This document shows, in pieces, positions 48,486-57,374 of a stretch of 64,000 bases of DNA; within the stretch, counting starts at the first letter, position 1; every line of letters starts with the position of its first letter. The position numbers were made by a program, and so were the translations under genes. The DNA lies in IMG/VR virus record IMGVR_UViG_3300022752_000019, positions 100,604 to 164,603 of that record, one strand, 5' to 3'. The notes below the pieces were generated by a model. The model saw nothing but the letters and a program-made list of their open reading frames with translations, was not told the origin of the DNA and ran no database searches. The DNA is from a virus.

Positions 48486-48944
48486 ATGCGGTTGCTCTCG
48501 TTTGTAGTCTCGTTTAGCGGGACGATGGGGTACATTGTATCCCAGGCACCCCGTCCGGAGGCGCCGATTGTGGTGGGCATCGAGGGGGAAGTTCCCCCTC
48601 TGTGCAGCCTGGCTGCACTCCGCGAACTCGGACTGTCCCAGCCCGAGGTCGTTCTGGTCACCGTCCGGCGGGAAAGCCGGTGTGACCCCAACGCGCTGGG
48701 CGCGATGGGAGAAATCGGCCTCGGCCAGATCCGCTACGAGATCTGGGGCCGCGAACTGAAGGATGCCGGCATCATCAGCCGCAAGTCCGATCTGTGGGAT
48801 CCGCAGGTCAACCTGCGCGCGACAGACTGGATCTTCAGTCAGCTGACCGGAGGGACTCAGGAAAGGTTCCGCCGCTACAACGGGGCGGGGCCGAAGGCCC
48901 GCCAGTACGCGCGGGAACAGCAGCGCGCACTCGAGAGGCTGTGA
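48486..48944 (+). CDS. Lytic transglycosylase (SLT)
   Basis: RESRCDPNALG..EIGLGQI..L.DP..N..RYNG; N-terminal signal/anchor. Confidence 0.85.
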   Translation: MRLLSFVVSFSGTMGYIVSQAPRPEAPIVVGIEGEVPPLCSLAALRELGLSQPEVVLVTVRRESRCDPNALGAMGEIGLGQIRYEIWGRELKDAGIISRKSDLWDPQVNLRATDWIFSQLTGGTQERFRRYNGAGPKARQYAREQQRALERL

Positions 48945-49041
48945 GCCTGGGCCCAGGAGACTGGGCCTTTTTTAGTTTGTAAAAACATCTGCATCTCGGG
49001 CATAACACCTGTGGGCGATGCTTACGCCCCCGTGAGGACTC

Positions 49042-50361
49042 ATGAAACTAAATGGATTGATCCGGCGCCACCCGAATGGGTGGCTCACGTACCACGAAGG
49101 AGAGACCTATGAGGTCGCCCGCCTGGAAGGTGGAAAGGTCTACTCCTTCCGGATTGACTCGGACTTCGGCCCCTATCTGGAGGAGAACGTCGCCCACAGC
49201 TTCGACCTTCCGAAGAAGCTGTACGGCAATCTGGCCCAGCGCGCGAACCGCGTGCTCGCGTCCTACCGGAAGCAGGGATCCGGCCGGATGGCCGTCGCCG
49301 CCATTGGCCAGAAGGGTTCTGGCAAGACTCTCCTCGCCAAGAAGATTGCAGTCGATTCTGGACTGCCCATCATTGTGGTGGCGTTCGCGGCGCCGCCGAC
49401 CCTGGTCGATTCCTTCTTGGAGTCGGTGGGTCCGCACGTCCTGTTCTTGGACGAGTTCGAGAAGGTGTTCGAGAAGGAAGATCTGCAAAATCAGTTCCTG
49501 TCGGTCCTCGACGGAACATCGGGATCTTCCCGGCTGACCATCATCACCGCCAACGACAAGAGGAAGTTGGCCGATTATTTCCTGATGCGGCCCGGCCGCA
49601 TTCGGTTCCTCTACACTTACGAGGGACTGGAGCGGCAGTTCATCCTGGAGTACCTCGATGATGTGCTCCGGGCTCCGGAGGAGTACCGCACTGAGATTCT
49701 GGAGCGGTGCGAATTGTTGAGGCAAGACCTCAACTTCGACATCCTCCGGGTCTTGGTCGAGGAGGCCAACGACTGGCACGCAGAGCTGTCTGTGAAGGAC
49801 ATCTTCACGGGCATCAACTGCATGCCGGCCGATGCGGCAACCGAGTGGGTTGCCGAGTTCTCATTCAATCGAGACGTCGGCGTCGACATCGCGGCCTACC
49901 GGCCGTATTCGAACCTGCTGGAAGATCTGGGAGAGGGAATGTCCATCTCGGATCTCTACGTCAACATGGCGGTTCGGAAGGTCGTGCCCTCTGCGCGGGG
50001 CGTGCCGCGCGTTCAGCTTGGAGCGGCCGCCTCGGACGAGGGGTCGAGCACGGATGCACTCGCCGTAAAATTGAGCGAGATCTTTCCCCAGAAAGCGGCG
50101 ACGAACGACGACGGCGTTCGGTACGAATCCTCCTGCATCACGATTGATGCGTCGTACCTCAACGCGGTAAACCCGAGATCCGTGGTGTTCGAGGTTCCTC
50201 TGGTCGTCAACGGCACTGCGCTGGCGACTCCGCTGCGAGACCTTGGCCTAACCAACAGGATCAATCGGAAACCCGAAGACTACGGCACGGATGACCTCAT
50301 CCTCACCGCGGTGTTCCGGAAGCAGAAAAAACAGGCAGCGTTCCGTTGGTACTCGTTCTAA
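49042..50361 (+). CDS. AAA+ ATPase
   Basis: GQKGSGKT, LFLDEFEK, FLSVLDG, TAN, RPGRI. Confidence 0.9.
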   Translation: MKLNGLIRRHPNGWLTYHEGETYEVARLEGGKVYSFRIDSDFGPYLEENVAHSFDLPKKLYGNLAQRANRVLASYRKQGSGRMAVAAIGQKGSGKTLLAKKIAVDSGLPIIVVAFAAPPTLVDSFLESVGPHVLFLDEFEKVFEKEDLQNQFLSVLDGTSGSSRLTIITANDKRKLADYFLMRPGRIRFLYTYEGLERQFILEYLDDVLRAPEEYRTEILERCELLRQDLNFDILRVLVEEANDWHAELSVKDIFTGINCMPADAATEWVAEFSFNRDVGVDIAAYRPYSNLLEDLGEGMSISDLYVNMAVRKVVPSARGVPRVQLGAAASDEGSSTDALAVKLSEIFPQKAATNDDGVRYESSCITIDASYLNAVNPRSVVFEVPLVVNGTALATPLRDLGLTNRINRKPEDYGTDDLILTAVFRKQKKQAAFRWYSF

Positions 50362-50374
50362 CAAGGGAGGTCGC

Positions 50375-50515
50375 ATGAAAGAAAAAATCATTGACTCATG
50401 CTGGCGTTGTGGGGGGAAGATGATCGAGCGTGAAAGTGCCACGATCATCACCGTCTCGTGCTCCCGCAAGTGCGGGAGCTTCTACACGCGCAAGAAGACC
50501 GGGAGCCCTCCGTAG
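50375..50515 (+). CDS. Small Zn-ribbon protein
   Basis: CWRCGG..CSRKCG, RBS GGAGG. Confidence 0.6.
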   Translation: MKEKIIDSCWRCGGKMIERESATIITVSCSRKCGSFYTRKKTGSPP

Positions 50516-50646
50516 AGGCATCCGGCAGTGGATCGCCGCACGATGCGTCGGTCCACTCTTTTAACTTGTGTTAGAAAAATTAACAAAAATACGTCATAAT
50601 AGTAGTAGCAGGGAAACCTAACTCTTTCCCCCTGCTCGGAGCTCAC

Positions 50647-51120
50647 ATGAGCAAGTTCCACTCCTTCAAGTCCACCTCCGCCTCCACCCCCTCTTCCGTC
50701 TCCATCAGCGCCGAGGCGGCGCTGCTCGCGGCCATGACCGCCAACACCACCGCGTTGCTGAGCACCATCACCTCCACCCACGCCGCCGAGACGGCGGCGC
50801 TCAAGGAGCTGGGGTTGGCGGCGATCTCCGCCGACCCCGCCAACGGCGGGGCGATCGTGGCGGCCTACGTGGAGGTCCGCCGACTCCACCTGGAGGCGGA
50901 GGCGGCGGCGGCCACCACCGCCGCCACCTTCCTGTCCGACCTGCTGGATAAGGTGGTCCCCATCGCCGCGGCGGTCGCGGAGGCCGAGGGCCTGAAGGCC
51001 CGCGCCGCCCTCGCCACGGCAGAGGCGCGGCAGCAGGAGGCCGCCAACCGCTCCGCCTTCGCGGAGATCGAGAAGATCAAGGCGGAGGCGGCGAAGGCCG
51101 CCGCCCGCCGCGAGCACTGA
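50647..51120 (+). CDS. Ala-rich hypothetical protein
   Basis: Promoter 50574-50600, terminator 51129-51155. Confidence 0.7.
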   Translation: MSKFHSFKSTSASTPSSVSISAEAALLAAMTANTTALLSTITSTHAAETAALKELGLAAISADPANGGAIVAAYVEVRRLHLEAEAAAATTAATFLSDLLDKVVPIAAAVAEAEGLKARAALATAEARQQEAANRSAFAEIEKIKAEAAKAAARREH

Positions 51121-51194
51121 TCTGAAAAGCCCCGCCCCCGCAAGGGGGCGGGGCGCTGTCCCCAAATCACTTTATCTATTAGAGGGTGTGTTAA

Positions 51195-51425
51195 ATGATT
51201 ATCGATACCTGTGGAAACAAGTACTACATGTTTATCTTGTTTGGGTGGGAGATTAGGGTGGGAGAGGGAGACTACAACTACTTCGTCTCCCTCCACAAAC
51301 AGGGTAGCTGGAGGGATGCCTCCGTCCCCTGGTGCCTGTGGCGTCTGTCCGTGACGAGGTTCCGGGACGTTCGTACGAACGACTTCTGCGAACTTGGGAT
51401 CGAGTGGGTCAAAGGTGGCGTGTGA
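51195..51425 (+). CDS. Hypothetical protein
   Basis: ORF with a GAGGG RBS. Confidence 0.5.
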   Translation: MIIDTCGNKYYMFILFGWEIRVGEGDYNYFVSLHKQGSWRDASVPWCLWRLSVTRFRDVRTNDFCELGIEWVKGGV

Positions 51426-51849
51426 GAATCTCTCCGGCCTTCCTGACGAACTGCCTGCTTACGTCACGCGGAAGTTTGGTGTTCCCGGCAGTGAATTCTT
51501 CCACTCCCTTCATACCCATCTCCGGGCCCAGGATCGTGGTCACCTTATGGCCTCGGTGCGCTTTGTCGTAGTTGAGGATCAGGTTTGCGCGAACTGTCCC
51601 GGTCTTATCCTTAATCGGGACAAAAAAGTTCTTCTCCGGCAATTCGTGGTTCATCCCTCCAGCCTCCTGGGCGGCAGTTCGGAGGTCCTTCATCGCCAGA
51701 GGAAGCTGTTGGTCAGAGATTCTCAGACCCCTGTCTCCTTGCTGGGCTCGCAGTGCCGCATGGGCGGTTGGGTCGATGATGACCCTCGCTTCCTTCTCCC
51801 AAAGGGGGTGATCGGAAAGAAGCATTTGGTAGGCTGCGATCTTGTCCAT
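51409..51849 (-). CDS. K-x-A-leader protein
   Basis: MDKIAAY..WEKEAR; C-terminal KVTTILGPEM resembles module 3 of 31211-32482. Confidence 0.65.
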   Translation of the reverse strand: MDKIAAYQMLLSDHPLWEKEARVIIDPTAHAALRAQQGDRGLRISDQQLPLAMKDLRTAAQEAGGMNHELPEKNFFVPIKDKTGTVRANLILNYDKAHRGHKVTTILGPEMGMKGVEEFTAGNTKLPRDVSRQFVRKAGEILTRHL

Positions 51850-52025
51850 AGATACTCCCGTTGGCTGAATATACTCAACCGCCCCGCCCTCCACAAGGGG
51901 GCGGGGCGCTGTTCTCTCTTCTCTTAGGACCCCTTCCTATCATTCTAAATAGAGTTTGAGTTTAGGTCATAATAATAGTAAGCAGAGGAAAAAACCACTC
52001 ATTCCCCTCTGCGATGGAGGCTGCC

Positions 52026-52436
52026 ATGAAGGCGGTCTACGTCGGCGTCATCCTCGACGCCGCCGCCACCGAAGCGTTGCTTCGGTGGTGGGAGGCTGTG
52101 GTGGGCGAGCTGCTTCAGAAGCACATCGCCCACCACTGCACCCTCCGCTTCCGCCCCACGGAAGCGGAGCTGGCCGAGTACGAGCTCGGCCAGGCGACGA
52201 CCCTGCGGGTCGTGGGCTTCGCCCACGACGCCGGCATCCAGGCCGTCGTGGTGGAACTCGCGGGTGACATGCGGTCGGCGAACGCCGTCCCCCATGTCAC
52301 CCTCGCCACGGACGGGGTAACGCCCCCGGTCCGGGCGAACGACCTCCTGTCGGCGGGGTTCACCCCCGTCGACGGGCCCGTGCTCACGGGGCGCGTGGGC
52401 GCCTTCGACGGCAAGACCGACGTCTTCAGCCGTTGA
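52026..52436 (+). CDS. 2H phosphoesterase
   Basis: Two HxT motifs (HCTL, HVTL). Confidence 0.8.
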   Translation: MKAVYVGVILDAAATEALLRWWEAVVGELLQKHIAHHCTLRFRPTEAELAEYELGQATTLRVVGFAHDAGIQAVVVELAGDMRSANAVPHVTLATDGVTPPVRANDLLSAGFTPVDGPVLTGRVGAFDGKTDVFSR

Positions 52437-52614
52437 AGGTAGAGGGGGCGGGCCTTCGGGCCCGCCCCCGTGTGTGCTAAAAATTAGATTGTTTTAGGTC
52501 ATAATAATACTAAGCAGAGGGAAATCTAAACTCTTTCCTTTCTGTTCTCATCGGCATCGCAGGTGTGCGCCCACCTGTGTTGGACCATCCACTTCTCAGG
52601 CGCAGGGAGTTCAC

Positions 52615-52944
52615 ATGTCTACCGATACCGCCCCGACCGCCACCTGGTTCTACCTCCGGCAGAACAGCAGCGGCGGGTTCTACCACGTAGACGAGGAAAA
52701 AGGCATCGGATACGTGGTCGCCATCGAGGCCGCGTCGGATCAGGAGATGGAGGAAAAGGCCGAGAAGATCGGCCTCCTCGACCTCGACTACTGCGAGTGC
52801 TGCGGGCCTCGCTTCGCGACCTGGTGGAGCAACGGGGCCTGTCTCCGCCCCGGGGAGATCATGTTCCACCACCATCGGAGCGGAGAGATCCGCCGCGAGG
52901 TGGCGGTCGAGGAGATCTACCTCGGGGACTGGGGGAAGGAGTAG
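52615..52944 (+). CDS. Hypothetical phage protein
   Basis: QNSSGG..YCECCGPRF; cassette with its own promoter and terminator. Confidence 0.7.
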   Translation: MSTDTAPTATWFYLRQNSSGGFYHVDEEKGIGYVVAIEAASDQEMEEKAEKIGLLDLDYCECCGPRFATWWSNGACLRPGEIMFHHHRSGEIRREVAVEEIYLGDWGKE

Positions 52945-53019
52945 CGGGATGAGGGGGTGGGCCTTCGGGCCCGCCCCCTGCTGTGTTTAAAATTAGCTTG
53001 TTTTAGGTCATAATAATTA

Positions 53020-53290
53020 TAGAGGAGGGCGCGACGTAAGAGCAAGACGACTAAAACGGACTTGCAACACTGCGGCGCGTCTGGACCGGATCGAGGGATG
53101 ACCTTGATCGTAGGAGCCTCGATTCCCCAGTGCAGAGGACAAACTGCATGGGGTGTACGAACTCGCCGCTGGGGGGCGGGAACAAAGGATGATGCGAAGG
53201 CATCATGTTTTGTAAGTTCGTACAAGGAAAAGCAAGACGTGGGCCCATCCAGTGTGGAAGGGCCCATTTCTTTACCTGGTACGTTTCTTT
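53020..53290 (+). ncRNA. Putative structured ncRNA
   Basis: Promoter 52988-53014, multiple perfect stems, no RBS-led ORF. Confidence 0.55.
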
Positions 53291-53329
53291 AGCTGTTTCT
53301 AAAAAATACAGAATTTCTGTCATAAGGAG

Positions 53330-53530
53330 AATGGAGGAACCCCGCATATCTCCTCCCCACGCGCGGCCTTCGAGAGGGCTGTTCCCGCGCGTGGTAATCA
53401 GCTTCGCCCTTCCTCGCCTGCGGTTCCAACCTGGTCCCCGCCGCAGGGATTCAACGAGATGGGGACACTAAAATCAATCGGAAGTCAGGTAAAGTTTGAA
53501 TTGAGGGAATGATCACCCCTCAATTCTTTT
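53330..53530 (+). ncRNA. Putative pseudoknotted ncRNA
   Basis: Promoter 53300-53326, 10-bp stem, pseudoknot, U-tailed terminator. Confidence 0.5.
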
Positions 53531-53637
53531 AGCTGGCGTACTGTCCTATCATGAAAATAACGACTGAATGAGGTCATATTAATTACAGAGAGGACAATAC
53601 CCCGCAATCCCGCGGAGTTGTCTCTCTTGGAGGCCCG

Positions 53638-54090
53638 ATGGGCACTCTTCTCATCATCCGCGGCCTGCCCGGCAGCGGGAAGTCCACGCTCGCGGCGCAG
53701 ATCGCTGCCGAGCGCGGCTTCCCGCCGCCTCGGGCGGCGGATGACTACTTTACCGACCCGGAGGGTCGGTACACCTTCAACCCTGCCCTCCTGGGCGCCG
53801 CGCACGCGGCGTGCCAGCAGGGCACTGCCGACGACCTCCGCGCCCACGGGGCGGCGGTGGTCGCCAACACGTTCACGCAGGGCTGGGAGATCCGGCCCTA
53901 CGTGAACATCGCCCGCGAGGCCGCCGTTGAGATTGAGGTCATCGACCTCTTCGACGGCGGCCTCTCCGACTCCGCCCTCGAGCGCCGCAATGTCCACGGC
54001 GTTCCGGCCAGCACCATCGCCGCCATGCGCGCGCGGTGGGAGTCGGACTGGCGGGCGGGTGATCCCCGTCCGCCGTGGGCGCGGAAGTAG
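53638..54090 (+). CDS. P-loop kinase (AAA_33 / N4BP2-like polynucleotide kinase)
   Basis: IIRGLPGSGKST..ADDYF..NTF..RNVHGVP. Confidence 0.85.
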   Translation: MGTLLIIRGLPGSGKSTLAAQIAAERGFPPPRAADDYFTDPEGRYTFNPALLGAAHAACQQGTADDLRAHGAAVVANTFTQGWEIRPYVNIAREAAVEIEVIDLFDGGLSDSALERRNVHGVPASTIAAMRARWESDWRAGDPRPPWARK

Positions 54091-54222
54091 CGGAATGAGG
54101 GGGTGGGCCTTCGGGCCCCGCTCCCATTGTGTTTCAAATTAACTACTCTTTAGGTCATAATAGTAGTGGAGAAGGGAATGGCGTAATGGGGCGTCATCTC
54201 TCTTGAAACTTCCAGTGAGGAG

Positions 54223-54651
54223 GTGCCGATGATCACCATCGGTTCTCTGAAGCGGGAAGTCTTCGCAGCCCCCTTCACCAGGCAGTACTGCCTTGGCGAG
54301 CTTCAAGAGCTCGTTGAGGCGGTCCGCGAGGGTGACATCGGCCACATCCGCGAGGAGTGGTCCGACGTCTGCCTCGTCAGCCTGGCGTGGGCGTCTGAGA
54401 CTTTGCCCTTGGACTGGGTCCCGGTGTTGCCGGGGTTCGGCCTCTTCGCGGCGCGCAAGTTCACTGCGCGGCGTGAGGTGTGGCAGAAGATCTTCGACGT
54501 CCACGGGGTGGAGTTCCACAACCGCTTCCTCCGAAATGGTGGGAACTTTCGCAAGCGGTCCAAGGTCATCAAGGCCTTGGCCCTCGCGGGGTTCACCCGT
54601 GGGGTGGAGTGGTCCGTGGTCTCCGCTCTGACGGGCGGGTTCGAGGACTGA
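54223..54651 (+). CDS. MazG-like NTP pyrophosphatase (putative)
   Basis: GELQELVEA..IREEWSDV acidic motif. Confidence 0.55.
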   Translation: MPMITIGSLKREVFAAPFTRQYCLGELQELVEAVREGDIGHIREEWSDVCLVSLAWASETLPLDWVPVLPGFGLFAARKFTARREVWQKIFDVHGVEFHNRFLRNGGNFRKRSKVIKALALAGFTRGVEWSVVSALTGGFED

Positions 54652-54834
54652 CCCCTGAGAAGTGCCGCCCTGCGGGGCGGTAGAGGTAGCAGGTAAAAGC
54701 TGCGCTTCCTCTTCTTTAGCTTGTCTTGCTACTTTAAAAAATAGCCTAAATTACGTCATATTATATGTAGAGAGGCGAGTAATAGTCCTCTCCCTTCGGA
54801 TTCTCCGGAGGATCACTTGCTACTGGAAACCGAC

Positions 54835-55656
54835 ATGAAGTTCGAGAACGAGATTGTCTTCAACTACGGCGCCACCTCCACGATCGAGGAGATGGAGCCC
54901 AACTCCATCTACCTCGACGGGGCCTGCCGCGGCCCCGCCATCGACAACGAGAAGCGCAGCTACTCGTTCGATCACCACGCCGGGTGCTCCCGGTTCGCCA
55001 CCCTGTCCACCTGTGAACAGGTGCTCCTCGCGTTGGATATGGGCTTGGATCCGCGGGGCCTCCGCGTGGTCGTCAACGACCTCGACGCCGACACCTCCGT
55101 CGCGATCTGGTTGCTGTTCAACAGCAACCGCATCGACGACCGGGTGCGCGAACAGGTCCACAAGATCGGGCGAGTGGACTCGCACGGCCCCCTGTGGGCG
55201 CCGACGCGGCTCCACAAGGCGCTGACGCGCAGACCGGGCGCTGTGCAAACTTTCGAAGACCTCCTGGCGGACCAGGCGAAGATCAACGCCTGGGCGGAAG
55301 GCGGCGATCGGGCGCTGCCCGAGCCGTTCGCCATGCCCCCGTGCCCGATGCACGGCCTCAACGTCCACGGGGACGTGGTCGAGGTGATGGGGGACTTCGC
55401 CGCGGCCTACGCCGCCGGCGCCATCGTCGCCCTGGCCAAGGTGCCCGGCCCCGCCGGCACCATCGGCTGGACAATCGGGAAGAAGAGCGATTTTGCCAGG
55501 GGCGATATCCCCGGCTTCTTGGCGGAGATGAACTCGGTCGAGCCCGGATGGGGCGGCGGGTCCACGATCGGGGGCGCTCCGCGCAACCCCGACGGGACGC
55601 GGTCCCGTCTCAGCTTCACCGAGGTCTGGCCCATCTTCCTGAAGCACGCGCGGTAG
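54835..55656 (+). CDS. DHH-family phosphoesterase (putative)
   Basis: SFDHH, DLDAD, VDSHG, WGGG. Confidence 0.65.
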   Translation: MKFENEIVFNYGATSTIEEMEPNSIYLDGACRGPAIDNEKRSYSFDHHAGCSRFATLSTCEQVLLALDMGLDPRGLRVVVNDLDADTSVAIWLLFNSNRIDDRVREQVHKIGRVDSHGPLWAPTRLHKALTRRPGAVQTFEDLLADQAKINAWAEGGDRALPEPFAMPPCPMHGLNVHGDVVEVMGDFAAAYAAGAIVALAKVPGPAGTIGWTIGKKSDFARGDIPGFLAEMNSVEPGWGGGSTIGGAPRNPDGTRSRLSFTEVWPIFLKHAR

Positions 55657-55733
55657 AGGCGCGGTTCGGGTCTGCGGTGAGAGGTGGGGCCTTCGGGCCC
55701 CACCTCGTGGTGGTTTTTTCTTAGGAGAGGTCA

Positions 55734-56141
55734 ATGGAGAAGCCGATGTTGACTGGCTGCATGTTCATCGTTCCCAACGGGATCGTTTCGCAGACCTCTG
55801 CGTTCGTGGCGCAGAGCACGCGGGAGGACTGGGTTCGCCGGCTCACCTGGGCGGGCATCGAGGTCCGTCCCGAGGACCTGCTGGTCCAGGTCTGGTGGAC
55901 CAACGAAAACTGCGACAACTGGAGGTGCCACTTGTCCCGCGAGTGGCCGGCGCTGTTCGGCAACATCCCCGACCGCTTGCCGGCGCGGTTGTTCGACGGC
56001 AAGAAGGAGGGGGACAAGATCTCCTTCCGTCTCGGCGGAGACATCGATGCGGAGGTTGAGCTTCGGCAGCTCGGCTTCCGCTACGAATGGGCCGGTCCGT
56101 TCGAGCAGGCGTTGGCGCGCTTGCTGAAGGTCGCGGAGTAG
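55734..56141 (+). CDS. Hypothetical protein
   Basis: RBS; flanked by hairpins. Confidence 0.7.
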   Translation: MEKPMLTGCMFIVPNGIVSQTSAFVAQSTREDWVRRLTWAGIEVRPEDLLVQVWWTNENCDNWRCHLSREWPALFGNIPDRLPARLFDGKKEGDKISFRLGGDIDAEVELRQLGFRYEWAGPFEQALARLLKVAE

Positions 56142-56201
56142 TCAAAGGACCGGGGCCTTCGGGCCCCGGTCCTATCACCCTGAATCAACTTGGAGGAAAG
56201 A

Positions 56202-56486
56202 ATGATGACTCCTGTCAGCGAGATTTTGGCCTATGTCGAGGCCAAAGATGCCAACGCCGTTAAAGATCTCCTTTCCGGACCGGAGGAGCTTCGGCTCCTG
56301 GTCCAGAAGTGCTACGCCTACCGGGATGACCCCAATCCTCCCGACTTCGTCTACGACGAAGTGCGGGCCTTGCGCCCGCTTACCCGAAAGCTGATGGCGC
56401 GGATCTTCGAGCAGCACGGATTGCCGCTCCAAGACAATGAGCACACCCGCTCCCTGGGGTTCTTCGGGGAATGGGAGGCCAAGTGA
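56202..56486 (+). CDS. Hypothetical protein
   Basis: RBS GGAGGA. Confidence 0.65.
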   Translation: MMTPVSEILAYVEAKDANAVKDLLSGPEELRLLVQKCYAYRDDPNPPDFVYDEVRALRPLTRKLMARIFEQHGLPLQDNEHTRSLGFFGEWEAK

Positions 56487-56881
56487 AGTCACTACAGAAC
56501 ATCTTCGACGAGGTGATCACTCACCTCGTCCGCCAGGGCAAACGCGCCACGGCGGGAGGCCACTGTCGCTACCATGCGGAAGACGGATTGAAGTGCGCCA
56601 TCGGCGTCCTCATCCCGGACGAGGAATATGACCTCGCGTGGGAAAGCTGTCCGGTTGAGGAAATCCACTGGATGCTGGGCCGCCCTGAGTCTCTCTGGGG
56701 TGTTCACGTCAGTCACCTCCGCTTCTTGACGGATCTGCAAGATCTCCATGATCGTCCGCACCACTGGAAGGAAGGGGGCCTGAGCGTTGCCGGTAAGCGG
56801 AAGGTCCAGCGGATTGCGGAGATCTGGGGGTTGAAGGTTCCTACGTCTCTGGAGCACCAGGACAAGCCCTCTCCCCAGTAG
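56483..56881 (+). CDS. Hypothetical phage protein
   Basis: QNIFD.V..HL..QG..CRY..GLKCAIG.LI..LQDLHD. Confidence 0.7.
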   Translation: MKSLQNIFDEVITHLVRQGKRATAGGHCRYHAEDGLKCAIGVLIPDEEYDLAWESCPVEEIHWMLGRPESLWGVHVSHLRFLTDLQDLHDRPHHWKEGGLSVAGKRKVQRIAEIWGLKVPTSLEHQDKPSPQ

Positions 56882-57027
56882 AGTCGTAAGGAGGGGCCCT
56901 TCGGGGCCCCTCCTTATCTGTGTGAAAATTAGCCCAAACTCGGTCATAATATAGTAGATGGAGAGAACGTAGCCGCGCGCAATGTCGCGTGTGGCCACGC
57001 AACCAACTCTCCTGTCCCGGAGGTCAC

Positions 57028-57264
57028 ATGTCCAAGAATAAGGCCCACGAGGCCGAAATCGAGGCTGCCGTGGCTGCGTGGATCGACCACGGAGGAGTGA
57101 TCCTCCGCGTGCCTCCGCCGGCGCCCGTGCCGGCGCGACCGACCCGCCCCTACAAGCTCCACCCCCTCCACATCCCCGGGGGCCGCTCCCCGGTCTACCA
57201 CGGGGGCACCCCGTGGGCAGAGGAATGGGACGACCCCTCGGAGTGCCAGCCGGACTGGTACTGA
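57028..57264 (+). CDS. Hypothetical protein
   Basis: RBS GGAGGT; cassette. Confidence 0.65.
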   Translation: MSKNKAHEAEIEAAVAAWIDHGGVILRVPPPAPVPARPTRPYKLHPLHIPGGRSPVYHGGTPWAEEWDDPSECQPDWY

Positions 57265-57374
57265 GAGGATAGCGGCGGGGCCCTTCGGGGCCTCGCCGCC
57301 GGTCGGTGCGGATCACTTCTTAGCTTGTCCTATCATACATCTTAAAAAACACAAGAAATCTGTCATAATATAGG

